Assembly (NCBI GenBank): GCA_040754455.1
Contig: JBFMCP010000008.1
Span: 1-30,429 of the forward strand
Source: Nitrospirota bacterium
GTDB taxonomy: Bacteria > Nitrospirota > Thermodesulfovibrionia > Thermodesulfovibrionales > Dissulfurispiraceae
Direction of reading: 5' to 3'
Length of the DNA stretch: 30,429 bases
A program made the translations under genes and the position numbers. Shown here in pieces: positions 1 to 6,849 of the stretch. The first letter of the stretch is position 1. Every line of letters starts with the position of its first letter. The notes beneath the pieces were generated by a model that was not told the origin of the DNA, did not search any database, and saw only the letters and a program-made list of their open reading frames with translations.

Positions 1-125
1 TAAGGATCATCCTTGGCGGAAGTTCAACATCAACCGCGACAAGCGAAAAGCCCCGCAGACGGCGGCGGCATAAACCGGACATTTCTATTTTGGTAAAAAC
101 AGGACATTTCTAAATTGGCTTGACA
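1..125 (+). mobile_element. Right end of an IS1202/ISNCY-like insertion sequence
   Basis: Two direct repeats GGACATTTCTA (77-87, 102-112; 25-bp period), each followed by wwTTGG, then a terminal TTGACA (120-125). This fits the TGT...ACA ends with repeated subterminal transposase-binding sites seen in this family. Confidence 0.65.
2..73 (+). CDS. C-terminal fragment of an IS1202/ISNCY-like transposase (cut by window start)
   Basis: Frame 2 reads KDHPWRKFNINRDKRKAPQTAAA* (TAA 71-73). I recognise DHPWR as a C-terminal motif of IS1202/ISNCY-type transposases, and an IS-end structure follows directly. Confidence 0.65.
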   Translation, partial: KDHPWRKFNINRDKRKAPQTAAA

Positions 126-140
126 AACTATTCCTTGTAG

Positions 141-169
141 TTGCTAATCAGCCGTAAAAATGATATGCT
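141..169 (+). promoter_or_regulatory. Putative sigma70 promoter of csp1
   Basis: TTGCTA (141-146), 17-bp spacer, TATGCT (164-169), with an extended -10 TG at 161-162. Confidence 0.5.
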
Positions 170-203
170 ATCAAAAGAGTTTCGGAAGTTTTTATGTCCA
201 CAC

Positions 204-242
204 AAGGCCACAAAGACTTTTAGCTTTGTGGCCTTTTTGTTT
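204..242 (+). promoter_or_regulatory. Terminator-like hairpin in the csp1 5' leader
   Basis: Perfect 12-bp stem AAGGCCACAAAG (204-215) / CTTTGTGGCCTT (224-235) followed by a T-rich run. A near-identical copy lies upstream of csp2. Confidence 0.7.
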
Positions 243-287
243 CTCCTGCTTCTTCTGAGGCTCTAATTCATAAAAGGAGGTTATGAA

Positions 288-488
288 ATGGCAAACGGAA
301 CAGTAAAATGGTTCAATGAGTCAAAGGGGTTCGGCTTTATTACCAGTGAAGACGGCACCGATGTCTTCGTGCATTATTCCGCCATTCAGGGCAACGGCTT
401 CAAGTCCCTCACCGAGGGCGACGCGGTCAGCTTTGATACCGAGAAGGGCCCCAAGGGCCCCAAGGCAGTGAATGTGGTACGGCAGTAA
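288..488 (+). CDS. cspA: Cold-shock domain protein (CspA family), copy 1
   Basis: 66 aa with GTVKWFN, RNP1 KGFGFI and RNP2 VFVHYS; SD AAGGAGG upstream. Confidence 0.97.
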   Translation: MANGTVKWFNESKGFGFITSEDGTDVFVHYSAIQGNGFKSLTEGDAVSFDTEKGPKGPKAVNVVRQ

Positions 489-509
489 GAAATCATACTG
501 AACTGAACG

Positions 510-540
510 CCCCCTGCGCTCCGCAGGGGGATTTTTCTTT
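510..540 (+). terminator. Intrinsic terminator of csp1
   Basis: Stem CCCCCTGCG / CGCAGGGGG followed by ATTTTTCTTT. Confidence 0.75.
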
Positions 541-552
541 CGAGGGGGAACA

Positions 553-915
553 ATGATCAGCAAACAGAAGAGCGCCGAGCGCGCCGAACGGCGGCAGCAG
601 AAGCTTGACGCAGGCACAATGTCCGGCCGCTATCCGGAGGTTGCGTCCGTCGTAATTACCATGAACTACTACCAGAAGGGCTCGGCTTCCGCGCTCATAC
701 AGCGGACAGTCAACTTCTTCCCCGGCAGTGCCGCTTATTTCCTTATGGAATGCCTGAAGCACGATTGTGTCGAAGGGGGGTTCGACCTCGAGCCGGTGAT
801 CACCACCATGGTGCGGGGCCGCCGGGAGTCGGACAGCGGCGAGATCGTCTGTCCCGGCAATAATGCCGCGGGCCATACGCGGGTCGATTACAAGATCGCC
901 ATTCAGTATAATTAA
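553..915 (+). CDS. Hypothetical 120-aa protein, possible Zn-binding (C-x4-C...C...H)
   Basis: ATG with SD GAGGGGG; globular-looking sequence with ECLKHDCVEGGFDL...VCPG...GH. No family recognised with certainty. Confidence 0.75.
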   Translation: MISKQKSAERAERRQQKLDAGTMSGRYPEVASVVITMNYYQKGSASALIQRTVNFFPGSAAYFLMECLKHDCVEGGFDLEPVITTMVRGRRESDSGEIVCPGNNAAGHTRVDYKIAIQYN

Positions 916-1049
916 GACGGACGTAGTGCCCTTCCCCGCCCTCTTTTGCACACAGCGGTTCTGTAGTTCCCACGGAATGATAAACGTCTTTACTCTGTCC
1001 TTCGGATATCAAAGGTGCCCGTTGCTTTCATTGCTTTGTAAGCGGATAG

Positions 1050-1700
1050 TCAGCCCGCAACTGCGAGGTGTCTGAAGGAGGAGATGATGAAATAGGTGGC
1101 GAGGAGGAGGAGGAAGATGCTGAAGACAAAATTTATCTTCCGGATGGTCGGCGGAGAGATATATTTTTTTGCCCAGTTGATGAAGAGGGAGAGCGCTACA
1201 AGATAGGAGGCGAGTCCGAGGCTGCCTGCGATGATGAACGAGGCGGCGAAGTCGCTGGTAAGCACGGGGATCAGACCGATTTCCCTGAAAAGGTGCGCAC
1301 TGGTGAGCCACCACAAGATCATTACGGGGTTCATGACCGAGAGCGATATTCCGCCCAGGAGCGACCAGCGCTTTTTTTTCAGGAGCAGCGAGCCGGCGTT
1401 GATCTCCTCCTCTTTTGCACTGTGCCGTATGCCGAGGATGCCGAGGATGATGAGGATAACGCCGCCGATGAGCCCGAACCATGCCATCACTTCTTTACGT
1501 TCGAGGAACGGCGCTATGCCGAAAAAGGCGATGGTACCGTAGAACACATCGACACAGAAGGCGCCGAAAATGAACATCAGCGCTGCCCGCACATGCCCGT
1601 GGATCGATCTTCGAATGACCTCTATCTGCACAGGACCGGCAGGTATCGCTGCAATGCAGCCCATGACAAAGGCTGCGGTGATGAAAAGAATAAAGCGCAT
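1050..1700 (-). CDS. LysE-family transporter
   Basis: 216 aa, multiple hydrophobic segments, N-terminal IPAGPV motif and central MNP motif typical of LysE; GAGG SD and TATAAT upstream. Confidence 0.85.
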   Translation of the reverse strand: MRFILFITAAFVMGCIAAIPAGPVQIEVIRRSIHGHVRAALMFIFGAFCVDVFYGTIAFFGIAPFLERKEVMAWFGLIGGVILIILGILGIRHSAKEEEINAGSLLLKKKRWSLLGGISLSVMNPVMILWWLTSAHLFREIGLIPVLTSDFAASFIIAGSLGLASYLVALSLFINWAKKYISPPTIRKINFVFSIFLLLLATYFIISSFRHLAVAG

Positions 1701-1759
1701 GCCCGCGTACCTCGAACTATTATAAACGATCGGGAGTGCCGGAGCGCGGACGCTCCTTG

Positions 1760-2077
1760 TTATGTCTTCTCTTTGCGCTCCCGGTGCAGTATCCTCCGCA
1801 GCACCAGCTCGCCGCGGTCGAGCAGCGCCGCGACGACGCGGAACTGTGCTGCGATGAGCGCAAGCCCCGGTATGCCGAGGAAGATACCGGGTGCGCCGGG
1901 GAGAAAGCCGAGGAAAAAACCTGCCGCGATGAGCACTATCCCGGGAAGGATATAGAGCATACGCTTGAAGGGATGCCCCTTGCGTACCGCTCTCCTGCGC
2001 TTGTAATAATTGATGAAACGCTTTCCGGGCGTGTCATGAGCGACCTGGGAAAATTGGCGCTCCAATGTCTTGAACAT
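1760..2077 (-). CDS. Small membrane protein (PGPGW-like hairpin)
   Basis: Basic N-terminus, two hydrophobic segments joined by LPGAPG, basic tail. ATG at 2077 preferred over TTG at 2092. Follows the cytochrome gene directly. Confidence 0.65.
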   Translation of the reverse strand: MFKTLERQFSQVAHDTPGKRFINYYKRRRAVRKGHPFKRMLYILPGIVLIAAGFFLGFLPGAPGIFLGIPGLALIAAQFRVVAALLDRGELVLRRILHRERKEKT

Positions 2078-2095
2078 CACCGTGCACCGCAACGG

Positions 2096-3610
2096 TCAGG
2101 GCTGGATGCCACTGTGGCAATTGTAGCAGGCGCCTCCTGTCCAGGCATTGCCGATATTGACGGGATGGCGGAACTGAAGGCCGGTCTCGAGGTCCAGCTC
2201 AACGGAGGGATCGCTCTTCCCCTGGGAGAGAATGATGTGGCAGTTCGTGCATTCGTTGGTGACCGCCTTTCCCACGGGGTCCTTGTGGTTGCCGTCATGG
2301 CACCGCATGCAGCCGGGGAAGATGAAGTGGCCGACGTTGTTCGGGTAGACAGACCAGCGCACTCTCATTTCAGGAAAGAAATTCTTCTGATACGCGAGTT
2401 GTACCGCTCTGATGGCGCTGTCGACCATTGCCGCATTCTGTGCATAAAAATCAGGGTACACGGTCCGGTAGGTATCGGTGAGGGACCGCGCAATGCCCTG
2501 CAGCGCTTCGGCCTCGCTGCGGTACTGCAGGGTCAGCGCATTGACGGCAAAGCGTTTGATATCAGGGATGGCCTGGTTGATCTGACCTGAAGCGAGCGCA
2601 GCATCAACCGCTGCATCAGGCGATTGATAATGGTGGCTGGGACGGTTGTGGCAATCGATGCAATCCATGACCCGCGGCCTTTGCGAAAGGAGCTGCGGTG
2701 AAGGAGGGTTGGTTGCGTCCTGATAGACGGTGCTTGTTCCCCTTATTCTGTCCGTTACCCGTATCCATGGGATATCCTGACGCTGCGTATCGCGGGCGAT
2801 GTATTCGATCCGTATACTCTGGTCCGTGTGCCAGTGTATGCCGGTGGCACGCCGTATGCCTGCGTTGCCGCCGCCCACTTTAATGAGCATGGCGATCGGC
2901 CAGCGCGCATTGGTTTCGTTATAGCGGTAGTGGTCGAACCGTTTCTGCATGGCTCCGAAGAAATGGCTCGGCCAGTGGCACTCTTCGCAGGTCTCGCGTG
3001 CAGGTCGCAGGTTCTCGAGCGGCGTTGGAATAGGCCGGGGGTAGACATTCGCGAGCACTGCGTAGACCTGATAGAGGCCCGACAGCTTCGACCGGGCATA
3101 CCAGCCTGCGCCGGGGCCGATATGGCACGCAACGCACTTTACCCGCGCGTGGGGCGAATTCTGGTATGCCGTGTATTCGGGCTTCATCACCTTGTGGCAG
3201 GTCAACCCGCAGAACGTTACCGAATCGGTGTAGTGGTATGCCTGGTAGGTGATTACCATGCTGATGAGGATAAAGAGCAGCGTGCCAAGGAAGAATATCA
3301 GCGCGGCATTGCGGTGCCGGTGGTTGTTCAGGTCGACGGAAGGCCATTTGAAGACCGGCATCTCGCCGGTCTTCTGCCAGGTGCGCCACTTGACGTACAT
3401 CCCGAGAGGAATCAGCAGCAGCCCGCCGATAAGGAAAAAAGGCAGAAACATATAGAGCACGATGCCGAGATAGGGGGTGGTGATGGGGCGGAAATAATTT
3501 ATGATGAGAAGAAAGATAATGGCAACTACCGAGACAACGGCGGCAAGCGCTCCGGTGGCGCTGATCCAGTTGTATGCCAGTTGCGGTAGTTTTTCTTTCC
3601 TCACGGTCAC
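2096..3610 (-). CDS. Membrane-anchored multiheme cytochrome c, NapC/NirT-type N-terminal domain
   Basis: Three N-terminal TM helices. Heme motifs CGLTCH (CX3CH), CVACH, CEECH, CIDCH, CMRCH, CTNCH, CYNCH. The NapC-like FCG.TCH..M.PEY..Y..SPH segment is present. Confidence 0.92.
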   Translation of the reverse strand: MTVRKEKLPQLAYNWISATGALAAVVSVVAIIFLLIINYFRPITTPYLGIVLYMFLPFFLIGGLLLIPLGMYVKWRTWQKTGEMPVFKWPSVDLNNHRHRNAALIFFLGTLLFILISMVITYQAYHYTDSVTFCGLTCHKVMKPEYTAYQNSPHARVKCVACHIGPGAGWYARSKLSGLYQVYAVLANVYPRPIPTPLENLRPARETCEECHWPSHFFGAMQKRFDHYRYNETNARWPIAMLIKVGGGNAGIRRATGIHWHTDQSIRIEYIARDTQRQDIPWIRVTDRIRGTSTVYQDATNPPSPQLLSQRPRVMDCIDCHNRPSHHYQSPDAAVDAALASGQINQAIPDIKRFAVNALTLQYRSEAEALQGIARSLTDTYRTVYPDFYAQNAAMVDSAIRAVQLAYQKNFFPEMRVRWSVYPNNVGHFIFPGCMRCHDGNHKDPVGKAVTNECTNCHIILSQGKSDPSVELDLETGLQFRHPVNIGNAWTGGACYNCHSGIQP

Positions 3611-3667
3611 ACCCTACTACATTTTACTATGGATTCGCATTCAGTGCACTGGCGATATCGGAATGCG

Positions 3668-3697
3668 TTGCCTTCTTCTTACAAAATATGGTAATCT
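3668..3697 (+). promoter_or_regulatory. Putative sigma70 promoter of csp2
   Basis: TTGCCT (3668-3673), 18-bp spacer, TAATCT (3692-3697), with extended -10 TG. Positionally equivalent to the csp1 promoter. Confidence 0.45.
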
Positions 3698-3740
3698 TTT
3701 TGAAAGTTTCAGAAGTTTGTGCGTACATATCTGTGTCGTC

Positions 3741-3780
3741 AGAGGGCCACAAAGACTTTGAGCTTTGTGGTTTTTTTGTT
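3741..3780 (+). promoter_or_regulatory. Terminator-like hairpin in the csp2 5' leader
   Basis: GGCCACAAAG-ACTTTGAG-CTTTGTGGTT followed by TTTTTGTT. Homologous to 204-242. Confidence 0.7.
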
Positions 3781-3819
3781 GTTCTGAACTTTTAATTTTT
3801 TGTAAGGGAGGTACAGGGA

Positions 3820-4020
3820 ATGGCTAACGGAACCGTGAAGTGGTTCAACGAGACAAAGGGCTTCGGCTTCATTACCGGTGAAGACGGCAGCGACGTATTT
3901 GTCCACTACTCATCTATTCAGGGCAACGGCTTCAAAGCCCTTGCAGAGGGCGACAAAGTCAGCTTCGATGTCGAAAAGAGCCCTAAAGGACCCAGGGCAA
4001 TCAACGTTACAAAACTGTAA
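3820..4020 (+). CDS. cspA: Cold-shock domain protein (CspA family), copy 2
   Basis: 66 aa with RNP1/RNP2 motifs; close paralog of 288-488; SD GGGAGG. Confidence 0.97.
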   Translation: MANGTVKWFNETKGFGFITGEDGSDVFVHYSSIQGNGFKALAEGDKVSFDVEKSPKGPRAINVTKL

Positions 4021-4026
4021 TGTGCC

Positions 4027-4067
4027 GATCCCCCTGCCCCGCGCAGGGGGATCTTCCTTCTTTCTTT
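4027..4067 (+). terminator. Intrinsic terminator of csp2
   Basis: 11-bp stem GATCCCCCTGC / GCAGGGGGATC followed by a pyrimidine-rich tract. Confidence 0.7.
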
Positions 4068-4296
4068 GAGTTTTGCCCCGCCTTTCTATAGAATTTAATA
4101 AGAGCGTCCACGTCTTCTGTAAATCATCAACGACTGCATCGTTTGATACCTGAGAACTTATAAATGTACTTCGCCGCAGGTGACGAGGCCCTGCCTCACC
4201 TATTTGTGCATGTATTCCTCAATCTGGTTTTATCACTTTCATCCTGAACAGCGCGGATAATCGAGAAAAAGTCCTGACACGGGAGCATCCAAGCAC

Positions 4297-4324
4297 TTGA
4301 AAAATTTAAAGGAAGTGCTATTAT
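4297..4324 (+). promoter_or_regulatory. Putative cfa promoter
   Basis: TTGAAA (4297-4302), 16-bp spacer, TATTAT (4319-4324), with extended -10 TG at 4316-4317. Confidence 0.45.
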
Positions 4325-4385
4325 GTAAATAAACGTTTCCGATCCGGTACGCGATGATTTCTGGAGAAGCAAGGGGGTAGGCACT

Positions 4386-5492
4386 CTGAAAGAACTCGTA
4401 CAGGAAATACTGCATCCTGCAGGCATTGTCATTAACGGGACAAATTCATATGATCTCCAGATCAGGGATGAGCGCGTGTTCAGGAGAATCCTGCGGGAAG
4501 GGAGCCTCGGTTTTGGCGAGGCATACATGGACGGCTGGTGGGAATGCGAACGCCTCGATGAGTTCTTCTGCAGGATCATGCCCTGCGAGCCCGAGCAGCG
4601 GCTCAGGAAAAATCCGAAACTGATCGCCTATCTTTTGAAATCCCGCCTGCTGAACGCTGGCAGCAAGGCAAAGGCATTTACGGTCGGTGAGCGGCATTAT
4701 GACCGAGGCAATGAGCTTTACCGGCATATGCTGGACCGCCGGATGGTCTACAGCTGCGCGTATTGGAAGGATGCACAGACGCTCGACGATGCGCAGGAGG
4801 CGAAGCTCGATCTGATCTGCCGGAAGATAGGTTTGCAGGAGGGCGACAGGGTGCTCGACATCGGCTGCGGCTGGGGGAGCTTTGCGAGGTATGCTGCAGA
4901 GAGGTACGGTGTGCATGTTGTCGGCATCACTGTCTCCCGCGAGCAGGCAGAGCTGGGCAGAGAACTCTGCAGCGGATTGCCGATCGAGATCAGGTTGCAG
5001 GATTATCGTGAGGTGAAGGAGGTCTTCGATCACATTGTCTCGGTCGGCATGTTCGAGCATGTGGGATACAAGAATTACCGTACCTATATGGAGGTAGTCC
5101 ACCGCTGCCTTAAAGAGGAGGGTCTTTTCCTTCTGCATACGATAGGGAGGAATTCTTCGCAAGTTGCGACGGATCAGTGGATCGATAAATATATATTCCC
5201 GAACTCGCTTGTCCCGTCGATGAAGCAGATCAGTGCTGCGGCAGAGCGGCTCTTTGTCATTGAGGATTGGCATAATTTCGGCCACTATTACGACCCGACT
5301 CTGATGGCGTGGTTCGGAAATTTCGACAGTAACTGGGACAAACTGAAAAAACAGTATGATGAACGGTTCTATCGCATGTGGAAATACTATCTTCTGAGCT
5401 GTGCCGGCTCCTTCAGAGCACGCTACTTACAGGTCTGGCAGATCGTCTTCTCGAAGAAGGGAGTGCCCGGAGGGTACCAGCCGGTCCGCTAG
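4386..5492 (+). CDS. cfa: Cyclopropane-fatty-acyl-phospholipid synthase (start uncertain)
   Basis: Motifs GSLGFGEAYMDGWW, HYD.GN, YSCAYW, LDIGCGWG (SAM binding), VGMFEHVG, YIFP. Cfa-like sequence (LVQEILHPAGIVING..YDLQIRD) continues in frame upstream of the track's GTG at 4476. CTG at 4386 is the proposed start. Confidence 0.92.
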   Translation: MKELVQEILHPAGIVINGTNSYDLQIRDERVFRRILREGSLGFGEAYMDGWWECERLDEFFCRIMPCEPEQRLRKNPKLIAYLLKSRLLNAGSKAKAFTVGERHYDRGNELYRHMLDRRMVYSCAYWKDAQTLDDAQEAKLDLICRKIGLQEGDRVLDIGCGWGSFARYAAERYGVHVVGITVSREQAELGRELCSGLPIEIRLQDYREVKEVFDHIVSVGMFEHVGYKNYRTYMEVVHRCLKEEGLFLLHTIGRNSSQVATDQWIDKYIFPNSLVPSMKQISAAAERLFVIEDWHNFGHYYDPTLMAWFGNFDSNWDKLKKQYDERFYRMWKYYLLSCAGSFRARYLQVWQIVFSKKGVPGGYQPVR

Positions 5493-5551
5493 AATATCCG
5501 CCCATCCTGCTTTGCTTGTTTTTTCCTGTCCTTTCGTTATAGGGTAAGAGT

Positions 5552-6625
5552 ATGCAAGAGCTCGTAGAGCAGATACGGCGCAACTGTGCGATCTCCGATG
5601 CGAAATTCTGGGGATACTACTCGATCTGCGGCCTGCTCATGCGCTATCGTGAGCTCTACCGGAATGAGCAGGGGCTCAAACCGTGGGAGCGTATCGAGAA
5701 GGAGAGAATAACTGCATGGATAGAAGAACGGGAACGGTTGTGGAAGGGGCTTGAGCACGAAGATCTTCAGCAGTTGGTGATCGGAGGTGCTGCTATCCAC
5801 GCCTTCGATGTCAACAGGGTGAACACGCTCCTCAACCCCTCAGGCCTCGTTTACGGAAGCGGCTACAGTCTGTTCGGCAAGCCGACTTTTTTCCTCGCCG
5901 AACTCATTCAGAGAAGAGAGATCTACGACTACCGCGTCTACTATGCAGGAAGAGAGCTCTGCAGGGATCTTGCGGCCTCGCCGGCCATGCTCCAGGGCAG
6001 GTGCATCTATATCAGGCTCGAGGTGATGGAGTCGCTTCTCTGGGATAAGTTTCAGGAACTGGGGCCTGGAAAGCAGGGCAGCGCACTTGAAGAGATCTTT
6101 TCATTGTACGGCATAACCAAAGAGAAGGGAGCTCCTGAGGAGGACCCCGCGGCTATCGGCGGCAAGATCGAGAGTATGGCCCGTGATATTGCCGACCTCT
6201 TTGTGCTCCATGAAATCGGCGAGGCCTATGAGGATGACCATAGCGATGCATGGCTCGGGTTTCTCTCTGTCTGCAACGACAAGCATTGCGAGACCTACAC
6301 CCGCGGCATAAAAGACCTCATGGCAGACACCTCCGAGATGGGCCCCCTCAAGACGATCATTCGGAATAAGGATCTCTTTCTGTTGAAATGTTATATGGTA
6401 TTCCTCGACGGGATAAGAAAAACATTGTTCCCCGAAATCGGTGCGGCGCTGCGCCGTTTCAGCGAAACCGGCGACTGGTCCACGCTTGAACACGCGCGGA
6501 ACGAGGGATACCGAAAGGCCGGAGCGATGAAGAACACGCTGCTGCAGCTCCTTGCCAAAGAGAGCGGGGAGGGAGGACTCTCCGCTGCCAGGGATTATCT
6601 CAGGAACGTCTTCTCACGCGCATAA
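5552..6625 (+). CDS. Conserved hypothetical protein, Sfum_1244/DUF6866-like
   Basis: 357 aa. The N-terminal NCAISDA..WGYYSICGLLMRYRELY..E..L.PW and internal LHEIGE motifs recall this family (recognised from memory, not searched). Confidence 0.7.
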   Translation: MQELVEQIRRNCAISDAKFWGYYSICGLLMRYRELYRNEQGLKPWERIEKERITAWIEERERLWKGLEHEDLQQLVIGGAAIHAFDVNRVNTLLNPSGLVYGSGYSLFGKPTFFLAELIQRREIYDYRVYYAGRELCRDLAASPAMLQGRCIYIRLEVMESLLWDKFQELGPGKQGSALEEIFSLYGITKEKGAPEEDPAAIGGKIESMARDIADLFVLHEIGEAYEDDHSDAWLGFLSVCNDKHCETYTRGIKDLMADTSEMGPLKTIIRNKDLFLLKCYMVFLDGIRKTLFPEIGAALRRFSETGDWSTLEHARNEGYRKAGAMKNTLLQLLAKESGEGGLSAARDYLRNVFSRA

Positions 6626-6646
6626 GGTATACTGAGCAGAGGATAC

Positions 6647-6817
6647 TCACTTCTCCGGGACCTTCTCTTTTTCCTCCGTGGCTGTTTTTTCTTCTCGGGG
6701 TTCGGGTCTGCATACCGGGCAGTAAGGGTCTCCGAGGTCCAGGAGACAGACATGCCCTCATTCCGGACAGCAGACGCATTTCTCGATCGAGAACCCGCAT
6801 ACCGGACAGCGTTCCAT
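6647..6817 (-). CDS. Small Cys-rich protein with in-frame TGA at codon 20 (candidate selenoprotein, or nonsense pseudogene)
   Basis: Manual translation: MERCPVCGFSIEKCVCCPE[TGA]GHVCLLDLGDPYCPVCRPEPREEKTATEEKEKVPEK*. SD GGAGG 5 nt upstream of ATG 6817. The TGA is at 6758-6760. Not in the ORF track. Confidence 0.75.
6717..6757 (-). promoter_or_regulatory. Candidate bacterial SECIS hairpin
   Basis: Starts immediately after the UGA: lower stem GGGCA/UGCCC, upper stem GUCUCC/GGAGAC, apical loop UGGACCUC beginning 16 nt after the UGA with G at loop position 2. Confidence 0.55.
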
Positions 6818-6849
6818 ACAGTCCTCCCATGAATAGTGCTTTTGTCAAG

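Noticed and set aside
120..148. Hybrid promoter from the IS-terminal TTGACA driving csp1
   Set aside because: The hexamer at 17 bp is GCTAAT, which lacks the key first T and A of a -10. A better native promoter lies at 141-169.
1068..3589. Long plus-strand ORFs (1068-1955, 1736-2590, 2828-3589)
   Set aside because: These are antisense shadows of the LysE, membrane-protein and cytochrome genes. The same applies to most alternative ORFs overlapping cfa, the NosL cluster, dnaE, ftsY and mrdA.
4068..4296. Small ORF or ncRNA in the csp2-cfa gap
   Set aside because: There are only short frames without convincing SD or motifs, and no recognisable RNA structure.
4308..4328. SD-like AAAGGAAG plus in-frame ATG-TAA as a nonsense-mutated cfa start
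   Set aside because: These bases coincide with the predicted promoter spacer and -10, so they are probably not in the mRNA. Not fully excluded.
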